Part shown: piece by piece, positions 1 to 10,151 of the stretch
Layout of the letters: the number at the start of each line of letters is the position of its first letter
Numbering within the stretch: position 1 is the stretch's first letter
From: an uncultured SAR86 cluster bacterium
GTDB taxonomy: Bacteria > Pseudomonadota > Gammaproteobacteria > Magnimaribacterales > D2472
DNA: 64,000 nt
Assembly (NCBI GenBank): GCA_902601475.1
Contig: CACKNK010000006.1
Location: 1,621-65,620, forward strand
Direction of reading: 5' to 3'
The notes under the pieces: model-generated
The model's database searches: none
What the model was told of the DNA's origin: nothing
What the model saw: the letters and a program-made list of their open reading frames with translations, nothing else
Program-made: the position numbers and the translations under genes

Positions 1-99
1 TCAATTCTTTCTCATGCGGTGGAAAGACTTAGAGAGCTTTCACCGTTATGGGAAATGCACTTAGACGGAGTCGATCTAGATAAAGTTGAATGGAATTAA
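1..99 (+). CDS. iscS: cysteine desulfurase IscS, 3' end (partial, runs off the window edge)
   Basis: Open from nt 1 to TAA at 97-99. The translation ...[22 protein letters not shown] matches the conserved IscS C-terminus as I recall it. Lies directly upstream of iscU. Confidence 0.8.
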   Translation, partial: SILSHAVERLRELSPLWEMHLDGVDLDKVEWN

Positions 100-113
100 T
101 TTAGGAGCAAGTA

Positions 114-518
114 ATGGCATATAGTAAAAAAGTTGTTGAAAAATTTGAGAACACGCTTAATGAACCTAAAAAGTTTAATGTAGGTAGATTTAATCCATCT
201 GATTTGGATGTAGGTACTGGAATGGTTGGAGCGCCAGCGTGTGGAGATGTTATGAAGCTTCAGATTAAATGTGAACCCAAAGGCAATTCTCACGTTATAA
301 AGGATGTAAAATTTAAAACTTATGGTTGTGGCTCTGCGATCGCATCATCAAGTGAGCTAGTTGAAATGCTGATTGGTAAAACACTTGAAGAGGCTAAAGA
401 GATTAAAAATAAAGATATAGCTAATGCCTTGGAACTGCCACCAATCAAGATTCATTGCTCTGTACTAGCTGAAGATTCAATCAAACAAGCCATTGATGAC
501 TATGAAGCAAAGCAGTGA
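114..518 (+). CDS. iscU: Fe-S cluster assembly scaffold IscU
   Basis: Motifs GAPACGDVMKLQI, TYGCGSAIASSS and IHCSVLAEDS; near-collinear with E. coli IscU. Confidence 0.95.
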   Translation: MAYSKKVVEKFENTLNEPKKFNVGRFNPSDLDVGTGMVGAPACGDVMKLQIKCEPKGNSHVIKDVKFKTYGCGSAIASSSELVEMLIGKTLEEAKEIKNKDIANALELPPIKIHCSVLAEDSIKQAIDDYEAKQ

Positions 519-867
519 AACTCTAAATAAGATTAACCCAAGCTCTCTTCAATTTTCTGAAAAAGCAATAAATCACTTTAAATCTCAATTGCTTGGGAAA
601 ACAGATGCTTCATTTATAAGAATTGGTGTAAGGGAGGCAGGTTGTTCTGGCTATGAATATTTTTTTGAATTCGAAGATATTTTGAGTGCTAAAGATACTG
701 AATTTGCATTCGATCATTGTAGGATTATTGTTGATGAAATAAGCCTTAATTTCATGAAAGGTAGCTTAGTAGAGTATTCAGAAGAGGGTTTAAATAAAGG
801 AATTACTTTTAAAAACCCAAATGCGAAGGCAGTTTGCGGATGCGGTGAAAGCTTCACTTTAGAATAA
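493..867 (+). CDS. iscA: iron-binding Fe-S carrier IscA (start could be the ATG at 502)
   Basis: GCSGYEY and C-terminal CGCGESF motifs of A-type carriers. Overlaps the iscU end. Confidence 0.85.
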   Translation: MMTMKQSSETLNKINPSSLQFSEKAINHFKSQLLGKTDASFIRIGVREAGCSGYEYFFEFEDILSAKDTEFAFDHCRIIVDEISLNFMKGSLVEYSEEGLNKGITFKNPNAKAVCGCGESFTLE

Positions 868-872
868 ATCTT

Positions 873-1211
873 ATGGCAAAAATTAAGCTGCTTCCTCATC
901 ATGAGATTTGTCCACGAGGAGCAACATTTGAAACACAAGAGGATGAATCAATCTGCGAAGCTGCCCTTAGAAATAATATTAAAATAGAGCATGCTTGCGA
1001 AATGTCTTGTGCATGTACAACGTGTCATATAATTATCAGAGAGGGTTTCGATCTTCTTAAGGAAGCTACAGACGAAGAGGAAGATTTATTAGATAAAGCA
1101 TGGGGCTTAGAACCTGACTCAAGATTAAGCTGTCAAACAATCCCTGAGGAAGGTGAATTTATAGTTGAACTTCCAAAATATACCATCAATCAAGTTTCAG
1201 AGGACCATTAA
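873..1211 (+). CDS. fdx: ISC-type [2Fe-2S] ferredoxin
   Basis: HACE.SCACTTCH...SRLSCQ cysteine pattern and LDKAWGLEP.SRLSCQ, as in E. coli Fdx. Confidence 0.95.
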   Translation: MAKIKLLPHHEICPRGATFETQEDESICEAALRNNIKIEHACEMSCACTTCHIIIREGFDLLKEATDEEEDLLDKAWGLEPDSRLSCQTIPEEGEFIVELPKYTINQVSEDH

Positions 1212-1213
1212 AA

Positions 1214-1414
1214 ATGCAATATGAATGGTCAAACATTAATGACATTGCAATCGAATTGTCTGAAAAATTTCCTGATATTGATCCTCAATGGATTAGTTTT
1301 CCAGACTTACATAAAAAAATTACTGAGTTAGATAATTTTATTGGAGATCCAAATAAGTCTAACGAAAAAATTTTAGAAGCAATTCAGCAAAGCTGGATAG
1401 ATGAATTTATCTAA
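1214..1414 (+). CDS. iscX: Fe-S assembly protein IscX
   Basis: 66 aa. YPDIDP-like and SNEKILEAI motifs match IscX (YfhJ). Position after fdx. Confidence 0.85.
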   Translation: MQYEWSNINDIAIELSEKFPDIDPQWISFPDLHKKITELDNFIGDPNKSNEKILEAIQQSWIDEFI

Positions 1415-1452
1415 GTCACATATAATACGTTTTCTTTAACGGAGATACTCTA

Positions 1453-1875
1453 ATGGCTATTGAGCGCACACTATCAATCATTAAACCTGATGCAACTTCT
1501 AGAAATATTATCGGAAAAATAATAAGCAGATTCGAAGACAATAACTTAAAAGTTGTTGCTGCTAAACTAATTCAGTTAGATCAAGCTAAAGCAGGTGGCT
1601 TTTATTCAGAGCATGATGGAAAACCATTTTTTCAGAACCTAATTGAATATATGACATCGGCTCCTGTTCTCGTTCAAGTTTTAGAGGGTGAATCAGCTAT
1701 AGCCAAAAATAGAGAGTTGATGGGAGCAACCAATCCACAAGATGCGGCTCCTGGAACAATTAGAGCAGATTTTGCAGAATCCATAGATGCTAATGCTGTG
1801 CATGGATCAGACTCTGAATCTAGTGCATTACGGGAGATAAATTATTTCTTCGAGCCCGAAGAAATTGTTAGTTGA
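1453..1875 (+). CDS. ndk: nucleoside diphosphate kinase
   Basis: [10 protein letters not shown], active-site [15 protein letters not shown] upstream. Confidence 0.95.
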   Translation: MAIERTLSIIKPDATSRNIIGKIISRFEDNNLKVVAAKLIQLDQAKAGGFYSEHDGKPFFQNLIEYMTSAPVLVQVLEGESAIAKNRELMGATNPQDAAPGTIRADFAESIDANAVHGSDSESSALREINYFFEPEEIVS

Positions 1876-2966
1876 ATACCTCTAAAAAAATAAATCTACT
1901 TGGACTAACTCAGAGAGAGTTGGAGGAATTCTTTATTGACATTGGAGAGCCTAAATATCGTGCTGTTCAAACTCTTAAGTGGATTCATAAACATGGGTGT
2001 TTAGACTTTGATCAAATGAGCGATCTAAGTGAGGCACTTAGAAAAAAACTTCACAATATTGCTTCCCTAAAGCCACCATTAATCCATCATCAAATGAAAT
2101 CAAAAGATGGAACAATAAAATATTTAATTCAAATTGAATCTGGCTCAATTGTTGAAATGGTTCGCATCCCTTCAGATAACCGACAAACCTTATGTATTTC
2201 CTCTCAGGCCGGATGTGCATTACAGTGCTCTTTTTGTGCAACTGGCGCCCAAGGTTTTGAGGTAAATTTAAGTGCTAGTGAAATCATAGGCCAGCTATGG
2301 CTAGCTAGTTTCCATGACGAAAAATTGCCACCAATTACGAATATAGTTTTTATGGGAATGGGTGAGCCCTTATTAAATATCAAACCTGTTTTAAATAGCG
2401 TTGATTTGATGCTTAATACCAACGCCTATTGCATTTCAAAACGCAAAATTACCTTAAGCACCTCCGGTATTGCTCCCGAGATAGAGTCACTGCCTGATAA
2501 AACTGATGTTTCTTTGGCCCTATCTTTGCACGCACCTAATAATAAACTTCGTGATGAACTAGTACCTATTAACAAAAAATACCCGCTTGAAATGCTGATG
2601 GAGTCATGTAAAAAATACCTTTCATATTTTGGAAAAAGAAAATCAATTACCATTGAGTACATCATGATCAATGATGTTAATGATAGTTACGATCATGCTG
2701 TTCAACTGTCTAATTTACTAAAACAACTAAAGTGCAAGATTAACTTAATTCCCTTTAATTCATTTGAAGGAAATTCATACCAACAATCAAGCTTAGAAAA
2801 TATTAATGTATTTAAGGATTATTTAATCAAGAATGGATTTGTCACAACTGTTAGAATAACAAGAGGAGATGAAGTAGATGGTGCATGTGGACAATTATCT
2901 GGTCAACTACTAAATGCTATAAAATCTAAGAAAAGCTCTAATATTGAATTAAAAAATATTACTTAA
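1872..2966 (+). CDS. rlmN: 23S rRNA/tRNA (adenine-C2)-methyltransferase RlmN, radical SAM; TTG start overlapping the ndk stop
   Basis: [11 protein letters not shown] radical-SAM CxxxCxxC motif, MGMGEPL, C-terminal GACGQL. Confidence 0.93.
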   Translation: MNTSKKINLLGLTQRELEEFFIDIGEPKYRAVQTLKWIHKHGCLDFDQMSDLSEALRKKLHNIASLKPPLIHHQMKSKDGTIKYLIQIESGSIVEMVRIPSDNRQTLCISSQAGCALQCSFCATGAQGFEVNLSASEIIGQLWLASFHDEKLPPITNIVFMGMGEPLLNIKPVLNSVDLMLNTNAYCISKRKITLSTSGIAPEIESLPDKTDVSLALSLHAPNNKLRDELVPINKKYPLEMLMESCKKYLSYFGKRKSITIEYIMINDVNDSYDHAVQLSNLLKQLKCKINLIPFNSFEGNSYQQSSLENINVFKDYLIKNGFVTTVRITRGDEVDGACGQLSGQLLNAIKSKKSSNIELKNIT

Positions 2967-2968
2967 TT

Positions 2969-3817
2969 ATGAAAACAGCTTTAAGTGCAAAAATAGGCAA
3001 AAAAATTAAAGAGAAAAGGCTCGAACTTAAGCTAACAATTCATGAAGTATCAAATGAAATCAATTTAACTGAGAAATTTCTTAAGGCCATTGAAAATGGT
3101 GACTATAGTATCTTTCCGGCAAAAGCTTTTGCCAGAGGCTATTTTGTAAAATATACAACTCATCTAGGTTTGGATCTTGAATTTCCGGAACTTGCAAATG
3201 AGGTTTTTGAAGAAGATAAGCTTGCACAGTCCAATCAATCTGCAAAACGTGTAAAGGCTAAAAGCATAAATGATGTTATCGAATCTTATAAAAAACCCTT
3301 ATTAGTTGCAGGAATAATTTTATTTTTATTATTAATTGTTTCAGTTTTAGCAAGTAGCTCATCTGATGAAAACCAAATCAAGTCATCTTCTGATGAAGAA
3401 ACAATAGAAATTAATTCTATACCTTCATCCTCTCTAATAGATGATACACCTATAGATATTGAAGTTCCTGAAAGTTTAGATATGGAATCAAATGATAGTG
3501 AAATTTCTGTTGTTTCAACAAGCAGTAGAACCGATGAAATTAATCAACTTAAAAACATGCCCAAAAACCTTTTGAATTTAAATTTTAATGAAGAAAGTTG
3601 GGTAGAAATTTACTCTGCTGATCCGAGTGATTATTTCCAAGTGGTTTATAAGTTATTTTACGAAAATGAAACTTATCAACTTAAGGTTGAATCTCCACTT
3701 GTTGTAGTGGTTGGTAATGCATCAGGAGTTGTTGGCACATTCAATGATTTACCAATTGATTTTAGTGCTAATGCGAACAGACTTGATGTCAGCGTAATTA
3801 GGCTCTCAAATGGATAG
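2969..3817 (+). CDS. rodZ: cytoskeleton protein RodZ-like (HTH + TM + C-terminal domain)
   Basis: N-terminal XRE-type HTH ([25 protein letters not shown]), one TM segment ([18 protein letters not shown]), acidic/Ser linker. Conserved rlmN-rodZ-ispG order. Confidence 0.8.
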   Translation: MKTALSAKIGKKIKEKRLELKLTIHEVSNEINLTEKFLKAIENGDYSIFPAKAFARGYFVKYTTHLGLDLEFPELANEVFEEDKLAQSNQSAKRVKAKSINDVIESYKKPLLVAGIILFLLLIVSVLASSSSDENQIKSSSDEETIEINSIPSSSLIDDTPIDIEVPESLDMESNDSEISVVSTSSRTDEINQLKNMPKNLLNLNFNEESWVEIYSADPSDYFQVVYKLFYENETYQLKVESPLVVVVGNASGVVGTFNDLPIDFSANANRLDVSVIRLSNG

Positions 3818-4913
3818 GGTTGTTGCGAACAGAAAAACAACAAAGCAGATAACTGTTGGGGATGTACATGTTGGAGGCAAGAGTCCTATCAGCATTCAAT
3901 CTATGACCAATACAAATACCGAAGATGTTGATGCCACTGTAAAGCAAATCAATGAGATTCATGCCGCAGGTGCTGATCTAGTGAGAGTTTCTGTGCCAAC
4001 ACTTGATGCAGCTAAAGCATTCAAAAAGATAAAAAGCGCTGTAGAAATTCCTCTAATCGCTGATATTCATTTCGATTATAAAATTGCTTTGGCAGTAGCA
4101 GATTCAGCAGATTGCCTTCGGATTAATCCAGGAAACATTGGTAAAGAAAATAAGATAAAAGAAGTTATTCAGGCTGCAAAGGATAATGAAATTCCAATTC
4201 GAATAGGAGTTAATGCCGGATCGTTGGAAAAAGAACTTCAAAGAAAATATGGTGAGCCTAACTCAGATGCACTAGTTGAATCTGCACTTAGGCATATCGA
4301 TATACTCAAAAAGTATAATTTTGATAATTTTAAATTAAGTCTAAAAGCTTCCAATATTGATATGACAGTAAACAGCTATCGCAAGATATCAAAATTAATT
4401 GATCAACCACTTCACTTGGGAATTACAGAATCAGGTACCCTGCGATCTGGAGCGGTAAAATCCTCGATTGGAATTGGAATGCTGCTAAGTGAAGGTATTG
4501 GCGATACGATTAGAATTTCACTTGCATCAAATCCTGTTGATGAAGTAAAGGTGGGCTGGGATATTTTAAAAAGTCTTAACTTGCGAAGTCGGGGCGTTAA
4601 AATCATTGCCTGCCCAAGTTGCTCAAGACAAAACTTTGATGTTATCAACGTAGTTAATGAGCTCGAATCAAGATTTGAAGACATTTCAGATGATATTGAA
4701 GTCGCTATAATCGGTTGCTATGTTAATGGTCCAGGGGAATCCAAAGCCGCTGATATAGGTCTTACTGGAGCCTCCCCAAAAAATCTTATGTATATCAATG
4801 GAGAACCAAGTGAAAAAGTTTCTAATGAGTCCCTTGTTGATAGAATTGAATTTGAAGTTCGTGAGCAGTTAAATAGAAATCAAAATGAATCTGATATTAT
4901 TGCTAAAGGTTAG
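3810..4913 (+). CDS. ispG: 4-hydroxy-3-methylbut-2-enyl diphosphate synthase (IspG/GcpE)
   Basis: [18 protein letters not shown] and ACPSCSR motifs. Confidence 0.95.
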   Translation: MDRVVANRKTTKQITVGDVHVGGKSPISIQSMTNTNTEDVDATVKQINEIHAAGADLVRVSVPTLDAAKAFKKIKSAVEIPLIADIHFDYKIALAVADSADCLRINPGNIGKENKIKEVIQAAKDNEIPIRIGVNAGSLEKELQRKYGEPNSDALVESALRHIDILKKYNFDNFKLSLKASNIDMTVNSYRKISKLIDQPLHLGITESGTLRSGAVKSSIGIGMLLSEGIGDTIRISLASNPVDEVKVGWDILKSLNLRSRGVKIIACPSCSRQNFDVINVVNELESRFEDISDDIEVAIIGCYVNGPGESKAADIGLTGASPKNLMYINGEPSEKVSNESLVDRIEFEVREQLNRNQNESDIIAKG

Positions 4914-4915
4914 AG

Positions 4916-6154
4916 ATGAAATTTAAATCACTAAGAGGGATGGATGATCTTTTTTCAATTGACCTGGCTAAATGGCAAACCCTAGAAACTGCGTTTAAAT
5001 CTGTATTCTTAAAATTTAATGCAGGTGAGGTAAGAAATCCCATGCTTGAATCTACAGATCTGTTTGCTCGTTCAGTAGGATCATCATCAGATATTGTTAA
5101 TAAAGAACTATATACATTTAATGATAGAAATGATGAGAGTATCTCACTCAGACCTGAAGGAACTGCTGGGTTGGTTAGGTCTTTAATAGAATCTAAGAAA
5201 GATAATGATACTGGAAAATATTGGTATCAGGGTCCAATGTTTAGATATGAGAGACCTCAGAAAGGCCGATTGAGACAATTTCATCAAGTCGGTGTCGAGT
5301 ATGTTGGATTTGAAGAGGGTCATGCAGAATTTGAAATAATGTCTCTAGTTATTGCTTTGATTAATTCAGTCAAAATCAAACATTACAACATTAAAATAAA
5401 TCATCTTGGTAACAGTAAAGTAAAACAAAAATTTACAAACGCTCTAGTTGAATATATGCAACAATTTGAAGGTGAACTATCTGATCTTGAGCTAACAAGG
5501 CTTGGCACTAACCCACTCAGAATTCTTGATTCAAAAGATCCAAAAACTCTTAAAATTCTTGAAAAATCTCCGTCTTATACTGATTATCTTGAACCCGATC
5601 ATCTATCTATATTAAATAACTTATTGGATGATTTTGATGAATCAAACATAACTATAGATCCAAAATTAGTAAGGGGTTTAGATTATTACACTGGATTCAT
5701 ATTTGAGGTAACTTCAAAAGAATTAGGATCTCAAGATTCGTTTATTGGAGGAGGAAGGTATGATAGTTTATTCTCATCTTTGGGGGGTAAAGACATTCCT
5801 GCAATAGGGTTTGCAATTGGCTTAGAGAGGATGATTGATATTATGCCAGAGTCTCCAAAAGCAAATAAGAAAGTATTTATTGTTAATTTAACTAGTAATA
5901 ATTCAAGATATCCATATAAAATAGCCCAAAATTTGCGTTCATTAGATACAAATATTGTTATTGAAGACCCATTATTAACTTCAAGCGCTAAGTCGCAATT
6001 AAGACGTGCAAATAAAGCTGGTGCTTCAGCAGCATTGATTATAGGGGACGATGAAGTTTCTAAAAACGAAGTTATTTGGAAAGATTTAGACGATAAAATC
6101 GAGCAACAATCTCTTTCATTGGATGAATTGATAAATAAGTTTAAAAAGTTATAG
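4916..6154 (+). CDS. hisS: histidine--tRNA ligase
   Basis: Class II motifs LRPEGTAG, FRYERPQKGRLRQFHQ, GGGRYD. Confidence 0.95.
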   Translation: MKFKSLRGMDDLFSIDLAKWQTLETAFKSVFLKFNAGEVRNPMLESTDLFARSVGSSSDIVNKELYTFNDRNDESISLRPEGTAGLVRSLIESKKDNDTGKYWYQGPMFRYERPQKGRLRQFHQVGVEYVGFEEGHAEFEIMSLVIALINSVKIKHYNIKINHLGNSKVKQKFTNALVEYMQQFEGELSDLELTRLGTNPLRILDSKDPKTLKILEKSPSYTDYLEPDHLSILNNLLDDFDESNITIDPKLVRGLDYYTGFIFEVTSKELGSQDSFIGGGRYDSLFSSLGGKDIPAIGFAIGLERMIDIMPESPKANKKVFIVNLTSNNSRYPYKIAQNLRSLDTNIVIEDPLLTSSAKSQLRRANKAGASAALIIGDDEVSKNEVIWKDLDDKIEQQSLSLDELINKFKKL

Positions 6155-6162
6155 GCTTAAAT

Positions 6163-6798
6163 ATGGTTGAATATAGAACTGACGAAGAAAGGCTTTCAGC
6201 AATAATTAATTTCTTTAATGATTATAAGAAATTTTTTGTGTGGGGCAGTGTTGGCCTTTTCCTAGTAGTATTAGTCTTTATTTCTGTATCTAATTTCCGT
6301 GCAAATCAAAATTCTATAGCTTACTCAGTCTATTCAAAGTGGTCAGAAATTGATTTTTCTGATGAAAGCAAAGCTATGGAGGCAGATGGCCTTTTTAATT
6401 TACTTCAAGATGATTACTCATCAACAGGGTTTTCAAACTTAGCCTTAGTAATTGAATCTTCAAGGCTTGCAGAAGAGAAAAACCTTGATGCTGCATTGGA
6501 TTTACTTTATAAGTTAAAAAATAAAACAAGCAGAGGTAACTTATTTAATTTAATTGCCAATTTAAATATTGGAAGAATAGAAATTGTGAATGGTAACTTC
6601 GATCTTGCTTTAAAAGCGCTTGATGCAATCTCTTTAGATAAGGAAAATGCCACAGTTGCATCTCTCAAAGGGGATGCCTTGCGCGGTCTTGGACGACTTG
6701 AATTAGCCGAAGCTCAATATACAAAAGCCATCGACCTTTCTCAGATAGCAGAGGAGCGAGCTGTTGCAGAATATAAACTAAAACTCCTTAGTCAATGA
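6163..6798 (+). CDS. yfgM: YfgM-like membrane-anchored TPR-type protein
   Basis: N-terminal TM anchor followed by a helical TPR-like region. Conserved hisS-yfgM-bamB-der position. Confidence 0.7.
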   Translation: MVEYRTDEERLSAIINFFNDYKKFFVWGSVGLFLVVLVFISVSNFRANQNSIAYSVYSKWSEIDFSDESKAMEADGLFNLLQDDYSSTGFSNLALVIESSRLAEEKNLDAALDLLYKLKNKTSRGNLFNLIANLNIGRIEIVNGNFDLALKALDAISLDKENATVASLKGDALRGLGRLELAEAQYTKAIDLSQIAEERAVAEYKLKLLSQ

Positions 6799-7934
6799 TA
6801 AAAATAATTCTTAATTTAGCTCTATTTTTATTTATATCCAGCTGCTCGATATTGAATTTTTGGGCAGATGATGAGGAGAACTTAGAGGAGCCTAGGCCTT
6901 TAGTTGATATTCAGCCATCAGTGGAATTAGATAGGTCATGGTCAAGAAATTTTAACTCTGATAATGAATTAGGTAATTACCGACCAGGTTTTAGTGGTGA
7001 AACCATTTTAATTACTACAGAAGAGGGTGAGCTTTTCAGAGTTGATGCCAATAGAGGAAATATTCTTCAAAAAGATAAATTAAATCATAGCGTTTCTGTT
7101 TCCAATGCTGTTGGCTTTGGAAAAATTGTATTTGCTGATTCAAAGGGTTCTGTTCATGCCTATTCGTTGGAAGATTCATCATTTTTATGGTCAAGCAATG
7201 TAGGCTCGGAGATACTAGCTTTACCTGCTATTGATGCGAAAGCAGTTATTGTTCATACATCTGGCGGTGAGTTGGTTGCCCTGAACCCTAGTTCAGGTGA
7301 AAAGATCTGGACATATCGATCTCAATTACCCTCCTTAACTGTTAGAGGTAACAGTATTCCCGTAGTTGCAGATAATTTAGTTTACGCAACATTTGATAAT
7401 GGAAGAATCGGAGTTTTTGATATTGGAAGTGGTTTTTCTATTTGGGACGGTCCAATCTCATACAAAGAGGGAACTTCAGAATTAGAAAATTTAATTGATG
7501 CAGATTCATCACCAGTTATTGAGGGAGGCTTAGTTTTTGCAACAAACTTTCAGGGAAACTTAACAGCATTTGATCCCTCTCAAAGAAGGGCTGTTTGGAG
7601 TACAGATGCATCATCTTTTCATTCTCCTTTGATCATTAAAGGATTAATTATTGTTATGAATAATAATGGATCAATTATTTCTTTCTCAGGTCAAACCCTA
7701 TCAGAGTCATGGACCAATGAAGAATATCTTAGACGAGGCCTTAGTAATGCTACTGAGCATGATGGAAATGTTGTGTTTGGTGACATTGAAGGATATCTTC
7801 ATGTAATAAACCCTCTAACCGGAAGAACAGTTGGCAGAGAAAAAATTTCAGGTAATCCAATTCGTTATGTTTCCAGCAGAGGAAATCAATTATTCGCATT
7901 AGATAGCGAATTAAGAATGTTTGCTTTAAATTAG
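6795..7934 (+). CDS. bamB: outer membrane protein assembly factor BamB (lipoprotein, beta-propeller)
   Basis: Lipobox FISSC. Repeated PQQ-like propeller blades. Synteny. Confidence 0.85.
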   Translation: MIKIILNLALFLFISSCSILNFWADDEENLEEPRPLVDIQPSVELDRSWSRNFNSDNELGNYRPGFSGETILITTEEGELFRVDANRGNILQKDKLNHSVSVSNAVGFGKIVFADSKGSVHAYSLEDSSFLWSSNVGSEILALPAIDAKAVIVHTSGGELVALNPSSGEKIWTYRSQLPSLTVRGNSIPVVADNLVYATFDNGRIGVFDIGSGFSIWDGPISYKEGTSELENLIDADSSPVIEGGLVFATNFQGNLTAFDPSQRRAVWSTDASSFHSPLIIKGLIIVMNNNGSIISFSGQTLSESWTNEEYLRRGLSNATEHDGNVVFGDIEGYLHVINPLTGRTVGREKISGNPIRYVSSRGNQLFALDSELRMFALN

Positions 7935-7948
7935 AATGAATTGTAATC

Positions 7949-9346
7949 ATGATTTCTTCGGTAGCAATAATTGGAAAGCCCAACGTAGGCAAATCTTCAA
8001 TATTTAACAAACTAACCGCCAGTAGGTCAGCAATTGTTTCAAATTTTTCTGGTGTTACTAAAGACCGAAACATTGGTTACCTAAAAACATCTACTAAAAA
8101 AAAATACCTCATTATCGACACCGGAGGAATTGGCGAAACGGAAGATGGTCTTCAAAACTCAATTTCTGCACAAGCTTGGTTTGCTGCAGAAGATAGTGAT
8201 CTTGTTCTTTTTGTTATTGATGGATCTATAGAGTTATCATCAGAAGATCTTGAAATTCTCTCCAAGCTAAGAAAGAGCAACATAGATTTTAAAGTTGTAA
8301 TCAATAAAGCAGATATAAAGAAACAATCTGCTGCAAAAAATGACTTAATTAAAAAAGGGATCAAAGAATTTATTCATGTGAGTGCAGAACACTCTATTGG
8401 TTTTAACGAGTTAATAAATACAATTAAATCTTCTATTAAACCAACGATTGACTCTTTTAGTGAAAGTGACAGCATTCAAGTTGCTGTAATTGGAAGACCT
8501 AATAGTGGTAAATCTACTTTTATAAATTCTGTAACCAAAGACAATAGAGTTATTGTTTCAAATACACCAGGAACTACCATTGACAGTATCGATGTTCCCT
8601 TCAAGCTAGATGATCAAACCTTTACCCTGATAGATACTGCAGGCATCCGAAAAAAGAATAAAAAAGGAAGCAACATTGAATTTTTCTCATACGTAAAAAC
8701 TATTGAGGCAATTTCTAGGTCTCGTATTGTTCTAGTATTCATTGATGCAGATCAAAATTTGGTTGATCAAGATTTTAAAATCTTAAATTTAGCTAAACTC
8801 GAGGGCAAGCCAATCATATTGGTAATAAATAAAATAGATTTAATTTCAAAATCTAATGAAAAAAAATTATTTGAGGATTTAAATTATAAAAATCCTATTT
8901 TAAAAAACATCCAGATAGTAAAAATATCTGCACTGCATTCAAAAGGACTTCATTATCTATTCAAGGTTATCAACGAAACCAATAATAGAGCTGAATCTTC
9001 ATTTACGACTTCAAGGCTAAATAAATTATTAGATGAAGCGATTTCAAAAATTAATCAACCTTCAAAGAGAGGTAAGTCTATAAAATTAAGATATATTAAT
9101 TTTGGAGGTAAATACCCAACCACATTCATAATCCACTCTAACTTTTCTAATTCACAAATACCCAATCATTTAAGAAGATACTTAATTAACTTCTTTTATG
9201 AAAAATTAGATCTTAAAGGCATTGAATTAAGTCTGCTCTTCAAAAAAGGCAATAACCCATTTGAGGGTAAAAAGAATAAGCTAACAGATAGGCAAATTAA
9301 GAAGAAAAAAAGACTTATGAAGTTTACGAAAAAGTCAAAAAAGTAG
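7949..9346 (+). CDS. der: ribosome-biogenesis GTPase Der (EngA)
   Basis: Two G-domains (GKPNVGKSS and GRPNSGKST, DTGG/DTAG, NKAD/NKID) plus a Lys-rich C-terminal tail. Confidence 0.95.
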   Translation: MISSVAIIGKPNVGKSSIFNKLTASRSAIVSNFSGVTKDRNIGYLKTSTKKKYLIIDTGGIGETEDGLQNSISAQAWFAAEDSDLVLFVIDGSIELSSEDLEILSKLRKSNIDFKVVINKADIKKQSAAKNDLIKKGIKEFIHVSAEHSIGFNELINTIKSSIKPTIDSFSESDSIQVAVIGRPNSGKSTFINSVTKDNRVIVSNTPGTTIDSIDVPFKLDDQTFTLIDTAGIRKKNKKGSNIEFFSYVKTIEAISRSRIVLVFIDADQNLVDQDFKILNLAKLEGKPIILVINKIDLISKSNEKKLFEDLNYKNPILKNIQIVKISALHSKGLHYLFKVINETNNRAESSFTTSRLNKLLDEAISKINQPSKRGKSIKLRYINFGGKYPTTFIIHSNFSNSQIPNHLRRYLINFFYEKLDLKGIELSLLFKKGNNPFEGKKNKLTDRQIKKKKRLMKFTKKSKK

Positions 9347-9404
9347 CGATTATTTTATAAATAAGACGTATAATTAGTTATAAGATCCTCTAATAAGTAA
9401 ACAA

Positions 9405-9794
9405 ATGTCCCAAAAAATTGTTGATAGACCTGTAAATATTAACTTATTTAAAATAAAGCTGCCCATGTCAGCCCTTATTTCTATTACTCATAGGCTTTCC
9501 GGAATTTATGTTTTTTTTGTTACTCTTCCATTAGCCATAATTCTATTCCAGAAAGCATTAACAGAATTATCATACGATTCCATGTCCTTATTAATTCAAA
9601 CAAGTGGTATTTTCTCAACATTTGTCTATTTTAGTTTTCTTATTTTTCTCTATCACATCTTGACTGGTTTTAGGCATTTACTGATGGATGTACACATAGG
9701 CGAAAATTTAAAAGCTTCAAATATGAGTGCTGTCTTTGTAATAAGTTTCTGGTTGGTTGTTTCAATTTTTGCTTTATTTGGATTTCAAATATGA
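9405..9794 (+). CDS. sdhC: succinate dehydrogenase cytochrome b556 subunit
   Basis: Small 3-TM protein with the HR.SG motif (ITHRLSG). First gene of the sdhCDAB set. Confidence 0.85.
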   Translation: MSQKIVDRPVNINLFKIKLPMSALISITHRLSGIYVFFVTLPLAIILFQKALTELSYDSMSLLIQTSGIFSTFVYFSFLIFLYHILTGFRHLLMDVHIGENLKASNMSAVFVISFWLVVSIFALFGFQI

Positions 9795-10150
9795 GTGGCG
9801 CTTCAATATGGTACCTTCAAAGATTTTCTGCTCTGTTAAATCTAATATATGCCTTGTGGCTTGGAAGTTTTTTTGTTTTCAACGAAATAACATTTGAGGT
9901 TTGGTCTGTTTTTTCTTCAGCATTGATGTTTAAGACCCTAACTACTTTGGTAATTGCCTCTATTATCATCCACTCTGTTATTGGTCTCTGGACAGTTGGA
10001 ACTGATTATCTAACACCAAGAACACTTGGATTTATTTCAAGTCGTCTTGGAGGTTATGCCAACCACTTCAGAGTAATGTATCAATTATTTTTCATTACTC
10101 TTTCAGTAACTCTAATGCTCATAACTTTATTTCTAATCTGGTGGTCATAA
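9791..10150 (+). CDS. sdhD: succinate dehydrogenase hydrophobic membrane anchor
   Basis: 119-aa 3-TM protein between sdhC and sdhA, with 4-nt overlap. Confidence 0.8.
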   Translation: MSGASIWYLQRFSALLNLIYALWLGSFFVFNEITFEVWSVFSSALMFKTLTTLVIASIIIHSVIGLWTVGTDYLTPRTLGFISSRLGGYANHFRVMYQLFFITLSVTLMLITLFLIWWS

Positions 10151-10151
10151 A

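Noticed and set aside
9346-9404. A sigma70 promoter for sdhC (TATAAT at 9369-9374).
   Set aside because: The -10 match is perfect but the spacer is AT-rich throughout. The best -35 at 17-nt spacing (GCGATT) matches only 2 of 6, so it is not distinguishable from chance.
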